Below, one piece after another: positions 1 through 8,550 of a DNA stretch of 64,000 nt. The notes under the pieces are model-generated. The model did no database searches. It saw nothing but the letters and a program-made list of their open reading frames with translations, and was not told where the DNA came from. Position 1 is the stretch's first letter. Each line of letters opens with the position of its first letter. Both the position numbers and the translations under genes were made by a program. Origin of the DNA: an uncultured Clostridia bacterium (GTDB lineage: Bacteria > Bacillota > Clostridia > TANB77 > CAG-508); contig CANRGT010000002.1 in assembly GCA_947630185.1 (NCBI GenBank), positions 45,467 through 109,466 on the forward strand, in the 5' to 3' direction.

Positions 1-1143
1 AATGTAGAAAAAATTAAAAAAGGTGAGTATGGAAAGAAATATAATGCAGATGGTGGAGCAGTAATTGTAATGGATGTAAATACCGGAGAAGTCCTAGCAT
101 TAGCAAGCTACCCAGACTATGAGCCAGAATTATACATTACAGGAATTACTGAAGAAAAGTTAGAAGAATATAATAAAGGAAGTAACTTATATAATAGAGC
201 AATTACAGGGTCATATGCACCTGGATCAATATTTAAAATGGTAGTAGCAACAGCTGCATTAGAAACAAAAACAGTTACAGAAAATGAAACAGTAAATGAC
301 ATAGGAAAATACCCTAGAGGCTATCATCCAGCATGTTGGTATTATACACAATATGGATATGGACATGGACATTTAAATATAAAGCAAGCAATTCAAAAAT
401 CTTGTAATTATTTTTTCTATGAAATGGGATATAGAATGGGAATTTCACCAGTAATAAAATATGCAAAAATTTATGGATTAGGTTCAAAAACAGGAATAGA
501 ACTATATGGAGAAGGAAACGGAATAGTAGATTTAGAAGAATATTGTAAAAAACAAACTGGACAAGACTGGCAATTTGGTGATACACTATCTGCTGTAATA
601 GGGCAAAGCTACAATGAATACACACCTATTCAAATAGCAAAATATATAAGTATGATAGCAAATGGTGGAAAAGAAGTAGATGTTACTTTAATAAAATCAA
701 TTACAGATATTGATGGAAATGAAATAAATAAACAAGAAATTACAGAAAAAATAGATAAAGAATTAGGAAATGAAACTACAAAAAAATTGACAGATTTAGA
801 TATTAATAAAAATACATTAGAAATTGTAAGAAAAGGAATGAAAGGTGTTACTAGTGAAAGTGGAGGAACTGCATATTATATTTTCTCAGATTTAGGAATT
901 GATATTGCTGGAAAAACTGGTTCAGCAGAAACAAGTACAAAAGGAAGAGTAAATGGATGGTTTGCTGGATTTGCTCCATATGATAATCCAGAAATTGCAG
1001 TAGTAGTATTGATAGAAAATGCAGGAGCAGGAGGAAATGTAGCACCTGTTGCAAAAGAAATTATAAAATCATACTTTGGAACAGATGCAAAGAATGTAAA
1101 AGAAGATACAACAGCGATTCCAAGCACAGGAGAAACAAGATAA
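1..1143 (+). CDS. mrdA: Class B penicillin-binding protein (PBP2-type transpeptidase), C-terminal part; the 5' end lies outside the window
   Basis: Frame 1 is open from nt 1 (NVEKIKKGEYGKKYNADGGAVIVMDV...), so the ORF-track Met at 70 is internal. The transpeptidase motifs are present: SxxK (GSIFK), SxN (KSCNYF) and KTG (AGKTGSAE). The gene lies directly upstream of minC. The symbol is assigned from family and context only; a spoVD/ftsI-type paralog is not excluded. Confidence 0.85.
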   Translation, partial: NVEKIKKGEYGKKYNADGGAVIVMDVNTGEVLALASYPDYEPELYITGITEEKLEEYNKGSNLYNRAITGSYAPGSIFKMVVATAALETKTVTENETVNDIGKYPRGYHPACWYYTQYGYGHGHLNIKQAIQKSCNYFFYEMGYRMGISPVIKYAKIYGLGSKTGIELYGEGNGIVDLEEYCKKQTGQDWQFGDTLSAVIGQSYNEYTPIQIAKYISMIANGGKEVDVTLIKSITDIDGNEINKQEITEKIDKELGNETTKKLTDLDINKNTLEIVRKGMKGVTSESGGTAYYIFSDLGIDIAGKTGSAETSTKGRVNGWFAGFAPYDNPEIAVVVLIENAGAGGNVAPVAKEIIKSYFGTDAKNVKEDTTAIPSTGETR

Positions 1144-1220
1144 ATATTAAAAAAGAAAGGGTATATTTATAAAAACCATTATTTTTAATAGGTATTATAA
1201 ATATATTATAAGGGAAAAAA

Positions 1221-1832
1221 ATGAAAAATTGTATTAGTGTCCAAACCAAAAAAGATCAAGTAATAATCAATGTAGATGAAAAAGGGGAACAAAAGGAAAT
1301 TTTGCAAGAACTAAAGAAAAAAGTATCAGAATTAAAAAAATTATATAAAGAAGATAAAACTCCTATTTTAGTAACAGGTAAGGTTTTTAAGAATAAAGAA
1401 ATGGAGCAAATTCAAGAAGTTATTCAAGGAATAATTTCTGTTGAAGTAAATTTTGATACACCAAAAATATTGGGATTACATGGAATTAAGAAAACCTTTA
1501 GTAAAGAAATTGCAACATCTGAAACAAAATTTCATAGAGGTTCTTTAAGGTCAGGGCAAAAAATAGAATTTGAAGGAAGCTTAGTGGTTCTAGGTGATGT
1601 TAATGCTGGGGCAGAAGTACTAGCAGGAGAAAATATCGTAGTATTAGGAATTCTAAGAGGTATAGCACATGCAGGAGCAAAAGGAAATAAAGAAGCAATT
1701 ATTGCAGCAGCATCAATAGAATCAGTACAAATTCGTATTGCAAGTATAATAAAAGAAATAGAAAAAGATGAATTAGAAGAAATAAAAACGTGTGCATATG
1801 TAAATGACGAAGATAAAATAATATTAGAATAA
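1221..1832 (+). CDS. minC: Septum site-determining protein MinC
   Basis: The 203-aa product has the C-terminal MinC beta-helix signature GSLVVLGDVNAGAEVLAGENIVVLGILRGIAHAGAKGNKEAIIAA. It follows the PBP gene, as in mre/min clusters. Confidence 0.85.
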   Translation: MKNCISVQTKKDQVIINVDEKGEQKEILQELKKKVSELKKLYKEDKTPILVTGKVFKNKEMEQIQEVIQGIISVEVNFDTPKILGLHGIKKTFSKEIATSETKFHRGSLRSGQKIEFEGSLVVLGDVNAGAEVLAGENIVVLGILRGIAHAGAKGNKEAIIAAASIESVQIRIASIIKEIEKDELEEIKTCAYVNDEDKIILE

Positions 1833-1951
1833 TTAATCTAAAGGTTTACATATTATTATAAACATGTATTATGTTAAAAAAGTATATAATGCAAAAAATA
1901 CTTTATACATCAATCTATCTGCTTAAAACTACATAATAAAGCAAGAATAGA

Positions 1952-2260
1952 CTATGTAAGAAGCAACAAAACTAAAGCAAACATTAGATAGTTATCTTTA
2001 ATATCTTCTTTGTATAAAAAGAAAATAAGGCAAATTAAAAGAATATCATCATAATACAATTTTAATCCAAAAATTTCAAAAAAAGAATTATCTTCATTAG
2101 AAGATTTTTCGTTCAAAATTCTCTCCTTTTTTTGTTGAGATTCAGAAGGAGAGACTTTTTTTGATTCTGACATACCGTTTACATAACTAGACTTATAATT
2201 ACGATAAGGATAATAATTTTTCGAATGAGGAAAATTAAAAAAAGGATAATTATATATCAT
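1952..2260 (-). CDS. Hypothetical small protein with a C-terminal hydrophobic segment
   Basis: The ORF track starts at a GTG (2275) that lies inside the RBS-like AGGTGGTGA. The ATG at 2260 sits 9 nt downstream of that RBS and is the likelier start. The product has a Y/N/S-rich N-terminus followed by FEIFGLKLYYDDILLICLIFFLY...ALVLLLLT. I recognise no family. Confidence 0.5.
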   Translation of the reverse strand: MIYNYPFFNFPHSKNYYPYRNYKSSYVNGMSESKKVSPSESQQKKERILNEKSSNEDNSFFEIFGLKLYYDDILLICLIFFLYKEDIKDNYLMFALVLLLLT

Positions 2261-2678
2261 TTTTCTTTTCACCACCTGAAGTATTCATCATTTCAAATAT
2301 TTTTCCTATGCGAAATAATTTTATATATTCATCAACTTTATTTTTTCTACTTTCTCTTAGATATGGCTTTAAAGATCTAAGCAAATTAGACCTTGGATCA
2401 GACTGATTTTGATTCATATTATCCATTATAGATTTCATTTTAAGAATAGTATTTATATCAAAATCAGGCATTTCTGAAGAATTTTGGTTCATATTATCTT
2501 GGCTAGAAGAATTTTTTGAGAAGTTATTTGCAGTATTATTAGAGGTGTTATTTGAAACATCATTAAAAGTATTTTTAGAAGAAAATTGTTCAAGCATATT
2601 TTTCAAATCATCAGGTATTTGATTATTTTTTATCATATTATTAACTTTTTGCATAATATCAGAAATATCTTCACTCAT
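2250..2678 (-). CDS. Hypothetical Asn/Ser-rich low-complexity protein
   Basis: The track start at 2696 is TTG, and the first ATG is at 2678 (MSEDISDIMQKV...). The centre is N/S-rich and the C-terminus is conserved-looking and basic (LLRSLKPYLRESRKNKVDEYIKLFRIGKIFEMM). The start is ambiguous and no strong SD is present. Confidence 0.5.
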   Translation of the reverse strand: MSEDISDIMQKVNNMIKNNQIPDDLKNMLEQFSSKNTFNDVSNNTSNNTANNFSKNSSSQDNMNQNSSEMPDFDINTILKMKSIMDNMNQNQSDPRSNLLRSLKPYLRESRKNKVDEYIKLFRIGKIFEMMNTSGGEKKNDI

Positions 2679-2704
2679 TATTTTATGATAACTCAATATA
2701 AAAT

Positions 2705-2920
2705 TTAAGAGTTATTTCTCCTTCCATTAAAAGTTTGGCCATTATTATTATTGTAATTCTTATTATAGCTACCATTGTTGTTATTGTTATAATTGCTATT
2801 GTTACTATTATTATTTAGCATTTTGCTAATTTGGTTTAAACCTTCTTCAACTTGCTTTTTATCCATTTGAGAAAGCATATTCATAAGTTTTGCAACATCA
2901 ATATCTTTAGGAATATCCAT
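2705..2920 (-). CDS. Hypothetical Asn-rich small protein
   Basis: An AAAGGAG RBS lies 10 nt upstream of the ATG at 2920 (MDIPKDIDVAKLMNMLSQMDKKQ...). The longer track ORF starting at 2962 lacks an RBS. The C-terminal half is poly-Asn-like (NNNSNNSNYNNNNNGSYNKNYNNNNG). It is the first gene of a three-gene minus-strand unit. Confidence 0.5.
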   Translation of the reverse strand: MDIPKDIDVAKLMNMLSQMDKKQVEEGLNQISKMLNNNSNNSNYNNNNNGSYNKNYNNNNGQTFNGRRNNS

Positions 2921-3245
2921 AAAAAAGTTGCTCCTTTCAAAATTAATCAAAAATTTAAACAATAGTATAAAACTTCATTTATCTATATTTGCATATTATT
3001 TATACTTATTATCCTTCGATTTATCTATATTTATATATATTCAATTCTTAAAAAAATGTTACTAAAAGATAAAATAATTTAGCAAATGAAGATTACAATA
3101 TAAATATTATGTAAACAAACAAAACAAAAAAATTAGGTTTATGACAAAAATTGCTAAATTGTTACAAAAATTTAATATTTCTAGACAAAAAACACTATCC
3201 GTAAACACAAATAATATTTTTAATCTCAATTAGAAAAAATAACCA

Positions 3246-3273
3246 TTGAAAAAATAAATAAATGTGGTAAATT
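3246..3273 (+). promoter_or_regulatory. Putative sigma-A-type promoter of the A1-B1 cassette
   Basis: TTGAAA (3246-3251), a 16-nt spacer, then TGgTAAATT (extended -10-like, 3265-3273). It lies inside an ~80-nt block that is conserved upstream of A2 (14576-14653). Confidence 0.4.
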
Positions 3274-3319
3274 GATATTATAGAACAATTATGTTCATAA
3301 GAAGATTTAGGAGGTTACT

Positions 3320-6300
3320 ATGAGACTTAAGAAAAAAATTATATCAATAATCATGTTAGTAATATTACTTAGTGGCAACTTGTTAAATGTAGGTTCACAA
3401 GTAATAGCGTTATCAAGTACATTACCTGTACAAAATAGTAAAACAAATAGCTCTAATGTAGAATTTAATAGTTACTTAGAGGGTGGAGATCATGAGAAAA
3501 CACTTGATACATCAACAGGTGGTAATTTATACATTAAAGTAAATGTAAAAGAAAGTGGCTATTTAAGAAATGGAATAGTAGAACTAGAAAATCAAAATTT
3601 TGAAGTAGATAGTAGCCAAATAGAATCTAACTATATACAAAAAATAGAAAATGAAAAAATCTATTTGGAACAAATAAAAAGTGGCGAGGAAGTTTTAATA
3701 AGCTTACCAATCACTTTTAAAAAGGATGTTCAAATAGATAATGATTATTTTTCAAAAGATACAAGAATATATTTTAGTGGAAACTATATAAATGGAAATG
3801 GCGACGAGAAAAAAGTAGAAAAAACAATAACAAACAGAATAAAATGGCAAGCTAATCCAGAAATAGAAATAGAAGGAGAAGTGTCTAAATATATACCATA
3901 TCATAAAGATAATGAATATGGAGTTATGGTACAAAGTAAAATAACAACAGGAATAAAAGAAAATAAATTACCAATAGCAAAAACAAAATTACAAATAGAA
4001 GTACCAGAAATAAAACTTCCAAATACAGATGAAGAAGCACAAAATCAATTATCAGAAGAAATGTTAGTAGGAGAGCCAACGGAAGAATTTGAAAGTAAAA
4101 AACCAGAAAGGATAAGTGTTATTTCAAATTCCTTAAAAGCAACGAAAGGAAACTCAAGTGAAAATATATTTGGAAAAGAAAATTATACTTATAATAAAGA
4201 AGAAGGAAAAATAGTAATAGAAGTAAGTAATAGTGTTGCAGAAGGAAAAATAGCTTGGGGAGAAGGAAAAGACGAATACATAGTAACCTTTATATATGAA
4301 GGAAAAGAAGTATATGATTATATACAAGAGCAAATTAAAGAAGCAAAAGCAGGAAAATTATCAGAAGAAGAAATAAAGCAAGGAAAAACAAATGAGCAAG
4401 CAATAACAGGAGAAATAAAAGTAGGAGTAGAATTAGAAACTTATAACCCAGAAGAAGCTACAATAGGAATAGAAGGAGTAATTAACTATAGTATAGAAGA
4501 GGAAAAAGGAAACATAACAGAATTTAATGCAATAGCTAATGAAAAACTAAGTAAAGCATACATGTATGCAAATTATAGCAAGAAAGAAAATAAACAAGAA
4601 ACAGAATATAATGTAATATATAAAACAGACATATATGATACAAAATTAAATAAAAATATAGAATATGAGATAAAAAATGACAAAATAGAATATCAAAATG
4701 AAAAATACTTAAGTGGAAACAATACATATATAAAACAAATAAGAATATCAGAAGAAAACTTCAAAAAAATCCTAGGTGAAGAAGGAAAAATAGAAGTAAC
4801 CAAAAATGATGGAACAGTTATAGCAATAATAAAAAGTGAGCAAATAAATAGCCAGCAAGTAAATAATGAGCAAGACGAATTAGAAGAAGAGACAGAAAAT
4901 GTAAAAACAAGTTATTTAGATAATCAAACAAAAGATTATGTTTTAGATATAGTAGAAGAAAAAGCTTCAGAATTAAAAATAAAAACATCAGATTTAATAT
5001 CAGAAGGAACTATGAAATTAGAAATAACAAAAGCATTTAAAGGAAATGCAGAATACACAAAAGAACAAATGAAGCAAATAACAAAAATAGAAACAGAAGC
5101 TATAGCAAGAACAGATACAAACGAAAAAGTTTTAAGTAAGGAAATACAATTAGAAGAATTAACAAATAAAGCAGAGATAAGTATAGCACCAGAAAGTTTA
5201 TCAACAGTAGTAGTAAATAAAAATGTAGAGATAAGAGCAATATTAGATACATCAAATATAAATAATGCATTATATAAAAACCCTACATTAAAAATAAAAT
5301 TCCCATCATATGTAGACAATATAAAAATTAACAATAAAGATATTTTAATGAGTAATGGATTAAAAATAAAAAATGCAAATGTAGAAGTGGAAAATGGTCA
5401 ATCTGTAATTAATGTGACATTAGAAGGTGAACAAACAGACTATACACTAGATGCAGAATATATAGGAACAATCATATTATTAGATACAGATATAACAGTA
5501 AAAACATTAACACCATCAAATGAAAATAAGATAGAAATGATTTACATAAATGGAAATGACGTTGTAAAAGAAAAACAAGGAAAAGTAGAAACAAAAGTAA
5601 GTTTCGTAGCACCAACTGGAGTAGTATCAGCTAATGCAATAGCAAATTATGCTGAAAACAGTAAAGAAGTAATGTCAATATCAGATAAAACAGAAGAAAT
5701 ACAAATAGAAACATATAGTGATAAAAAAGTAGCAACAGTAACAGGAACAGTAGTAAATAATTATGGAAATAAAATAACAGACTTAAAAATATTGGGAAGA
5801 TTACCATCAAAGGATAATAGAAAAATAGATTCAGAAGAAGAAATAGGTTCAACCTTTGATGCAGTAATAAATTCAGAAATAAAAGTAACAGGTTTAGAAA
5901 ATTATAAAGTATATTATTCAAATAAAGTAGATGCAAATTCAAACTTAGAAGATGCAGAAAATGGATGGACAGAAAAATTTAGCAAAGAAGCAAAATCATA
6001 CATGATATTAGCAGATGAAGGCTATGAAATGAATGAACAAGAAGTAATAACCTTTAGCTATGATATAGAAGTACCAGCAAACTTAAGTTATAACAATAGT
6101 AGCTATGAGATGTATAAAGTATATTATACAAATACATCAGAAGTAGGAAGCTTAGAAGAAACAAAAGAATCACCAGTAATAGCATTAACAACTGGTGAAG
6201 GACCAGAATTAGATGTAAAACTAGAATCTACAGCAGATGTAATAAGAGAAGGACAAACAGTAAGAATGGAAGTAACTGTAACAAATACAGGAGATATGGC

Positions 6301-8530
6301 AGTTACAAATGCAAAATTAAATATTCCAAAACCAGAAGAAGCTAAATTATTAGATTATGAAATACCTTATGCATTTAATGAAGAAAGTTTAGAAAACAAA
6401 GAAATAGAATTAGGAACAATAAAACCAAAAGAAGAAGTAAAAATTACTTATTACTTAAGGATTGATCCACAAGTAAAAAGAATAGAAATCTATGAAGCTG
6501 AAAATGGCAAAAAATATATTAGAAATGAAGATGGAATATTAGAAGAATTTGATGGCGAGGTACCAGAACCAGAATTTACTACTCAAGTTACAGTCAAAGT
6601 AGATGAAATAGAAAAAGCAATTCCATCTAATGAGTATAAAAATGTTATAAAGGAAGGCACAATGAGCTTAGAACTAATAGGATGTGGTCAAGAAAGTGTT
6701 CCATTCTTAGTTGGAAGAGAATTAGAGTTTAAACTTTTTATATCAAAAATAGATGCTGATGCTGACTTAAGTAATGTAGTAGTAACAATACCATTACTTG
6801 ATAATATTACTTATAAAGAAGCATATATAATAACAAATGATAATCAAGATGGAATTAGAGATGGAATTACATATGATAAAGGTACTCACTCACTAAAAGT
6901 AAACATTAGTAATTTAAATTTTGATAAACAAATCATACATATAAAAGCAATAGCAAAAGATTTTAAAGGATTAACTTCTACTATGGCAGTAGCACAAGTA
7001 GAAGGAGGAGAAGAACATTATTCTAATTTAATTAGATATGAAGCACAATCTGCAAAAGTAAGAGTATCAGAGCTTAAAGCAACACCAAAATATGTAAAAG
7101 AAAGAGAAAAAATTACATATGAGTTTGATTTAATAAATGAAGGTTTAAGTTCAGTAGGAAATATTAGCATAGTAGATAAGCTACCAGATGATTTAATGTT
7201 TGTAGAAGCATCATATACATTTAATAATGGAAAGAATACAAGTAAAATTAGCAAAGCAACAGATAATACTGTAAAAATAGACATCAATACCTTGCAAGCA
7301 GGAGAAACTATGACAATTAAAATTATTGCAAAAGCAAAAGCTCTAGCAAATAAAAATGATAAACAAATAAGAAATAGTGCAGAAATATCATCAATATATT
7401 TCGACACAATTAAGACAAATACAGTAACAAATACAATTGAATATAATGAAGAAATACACCAAAAACCAGGTACAGGAGGTACTACAACTGAAACTAGATA
7501 TAAAATAACGGGAACAGCATGGTTAGATGAAAATAAAGATGGAAAACGTGATGAAACAGAAAAAGTATTAGATAACATACCAGTTATATTATTAAATAAA
7601 TTTAATAATACAATAGTAACAGATGTAGATACACAATTACAAAAAAGAGTCACAACATCAAATAATGGTACCTATGAATTTGGCAATCTTTTACAAGGAG
7701 AATATTTAGTAATATTCTTATATGATGCATCAAGTTATAGCTTAACAACATATAAAGCACAAGGAGTAGATGAAGGATTAAATTCAGATGCAATAGATAT
7801 AAATGTAGCCTTTGAAGGAGAAAAGAAAATAGCAGGTATTACAGATGTAATAAAAATAACAAATGCAAACATAAGAGATATAGATATAGGGTTATATGCA
7901 TCAGAAAAATTTGATTTAAGATTAGATAAATATATAAGTAAAATAACATTAACAACACCAACAATAGGAACAAGGGTAACAACATATGATAATACCCAAT
8001 TAGCAAAAGTAGAAGTTTTAGCTAAAAATGTAAACAAGAGTAACATAATAGTTGAATATAAAATTAAAGTAACAAATGAAGGAAAAATAGCAGGATATGC
8101 AAAGAAATTAGTAGACTATTTGCCAGAAGATGCAATGTTCATGTCAGAAGTAAATAATGATTGGTATTTATCAAACAATAGACGAGATGTATATAATACA
8201 AGCCTTGAAAATACAATAATAAATCCAGGCGAAAGTAAAGAAGTAACCTTAGTATTAAGCTTTAATATAACAGATAAAAACATAGGAAACATTGTAAATA
8301 ATAATGCAGAAATATATGAAAGTTATAATGAAGAAGGAAAAGAAGATTTAGATTCTATAGCAGGAAATAATAATTCACAAGAAGATGATATATCAAAAGC
8401 AGACATTATACTATCTGTAGTAACTGGTAAGTTAGTAGTAGGCTCAATTTTAATAGTAGTTATATTAGCAATACTAATATTTGGAATATATGAAATAAAA
8501 AAACAAGTATTAAAAAATAAAATAAATTAG
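3320..8530 (+). CDS. Large surface protein, A-type copy 1 (1736 aa), containing DUF11-like and SdrD-B-like repeat modules
   Basis: GGAGG RBS. An N-terminal signal peptide (KKKIISIIMLVILLSGNLLNVGSQVIALSS) is followed by an N-terminal module (SNVEFNSYLEGG...GYLRNGIVELENQNF) shared with A2 and the giant protein. It also has a DUF11-like motif (GQTVRMEVTVTNTGDMAVTNAKL) and an SdrD-B-like module (GTAWLDENKDGKRDETEK...NGTYEFGNLLQGEYLV). The C-terminus is SVVTG plus a TM helix plus a basic tail (YEIKKQVLKNKIN). Confidence 0.9.
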   Translation: MRLKKKIISIIMLVILLSGNLLNVGSQVIALSSTLPVQNSKTNSSNVEFNSYLEGGDHEKTLDTSTGGNLYIKVNVKESGYLRNGIVELENQNFEVDSSQIESNYIQKIENEKIYLEQIKSGEEVLISLPITFKKDVQIDNDYFSKDTRIYFSGNYINGNGDEKKVEKTITNRIKWQANPEIEIEGEVSKYIPYHKDNEYGVMVQSKITTGIKENKLPIAKTKLQIEVPEIKLPNTDEEAQNQLSEEMLVGEPTEEFESKKPERISVISNSLKATKGNSSENIFGKENYTYNKEEGKIVIEVSNSVAEGKIAWGEGKDEYIVTFIYEGKEVYDYIQEQIKEAKAGKLSEEEIKQGKTNEQAITGEIKVGVELETYNPEEATIGIEGVINYSIEEEKGNITEFNAIANEKLSKAYMYANYSKKENKQETEYNVIYKTDIYDTKLNKNIEYEIKNDKIEYQNEKYLSGNNTYIKQIRISEENFKKILGEEGKIEVTKNDGTVIAIIKSEQINSQQVNNEQDELEEETENVKTSYLDNQTKDYVLDIVEEKASELKIKTSDLISEGTMKLEITKAFKGNAEYTKEQMKQITKIETEAIARTDTNEKVLSKEIQLEELTNKAEISIAPESLSTVVVNKNVEIRAILDTSNINNALYKNPTLKIKFPSYVDNIKINNKDILMSNGLKIKNANVEVENGQSVINVTLEGEQTDYTLDAEYIGTIILLDTDITVKTLTPSNENKIEMIYINGNDVVKEKQGKVETKVSFVAPTGVVSANAIANYAENSKEVMSISDKTEEIQIETYSDKKVATVTGTVVNNYGNKITDLKILGRLPSKDNRKIDSEEEIGSTFDAVINSEIKVTGLENYKVYYSNKVDANSNLEDAENGWTEKFSKEAKSYMILADEGYEMNEQEVITFSYDIEVPANLSYNNSSYEMYKVYYTNTSEVGSLEETKESPVIALTTGEGPELDVKLESTADVIREGQTVRMEVTVTNTGDMAVTNAKLNIPKPEEAKLLDYEIPYAFNEESLENKEIELGTIKPKEEVKITYYLRIDPQVKRIEIYEAENGKKYIRNEDGILEEFDGEVPEPEFTTQVTVKVDEIEKAIPSNEYKNVIKEGTMSLELIGCGQESVPFLVGRELEFKLFISKIDADADLSNVVVTIPLLDNITYKEAYIITNDNQDGIRDGITYDKGTHSLKVNISNLNFDKQIIHIKAIAKDFKGLTSTMAVAQVEGGEEHYSNLIRYEAQSAKVRVSELKATPKYVKEREKITYEFDLINEGLSSVGNISIVDKLPDDLMFVEASYTFNNGKNTSKISKATDNTVKIDINTLQAGETMTIKIIAKAKALANKNDKQIRNSAEISSIYFDTIKTNTVTNTIEYNEEIHQKPGTGGTTTETRYKITGTAWLDENKDGKRDETEKVLDNIPVILLNKFNNTIVTDVDTQLQKRVTTSNNGTYEFGNLLQGEYLVIFLYDASSYSLTTYKAQGVDEGLNSDAIDINVAFEGEKKIAGITDVIKITNANIRDIDIGLYASEKFDLRLDKYISKITLTTPTIGTRVTTYDNTQLAKVEVLAKNVNKSNIIVEYKIKVTNEGKIAGYAKKLVDYLPEDAMFMSEVNNDWYLSNNRRDVYNTSLENTIINPGESKEVTLVLSFNITDKNIGNIVNNNAEIYESYNEEGKEDLDSIAGNNNSQEDDISKADIILSVVTGKLVVGSILIVVILAILIFGIYEIKKQVLKNKIN
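5488..6337 (+). repeat. A1 copy of the ~850-nt near-identical tract shared with A2 (partner 16714..17563)
   Basis: The two tracts align without indels at a constant offset of 11226 nt. I count about 16 substitutions, and 5802-6262 is identical to 17028-17488. Confidence 0.9.
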
Positions 8531-8550
8531 TAAGAAAGGAGGAAACTAAT

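Noticed and set aside
3332-3338. Homopolymeric A7 just after the A1 start codon (and A5-A6 runs at the A2/B1 starts) as possible phase-variation switches.
   Set aside because: The runs are too short for efficient slipped-strand switching. They are expected by chance in Lys-rich leader peptides of a ~70% A+T genome.
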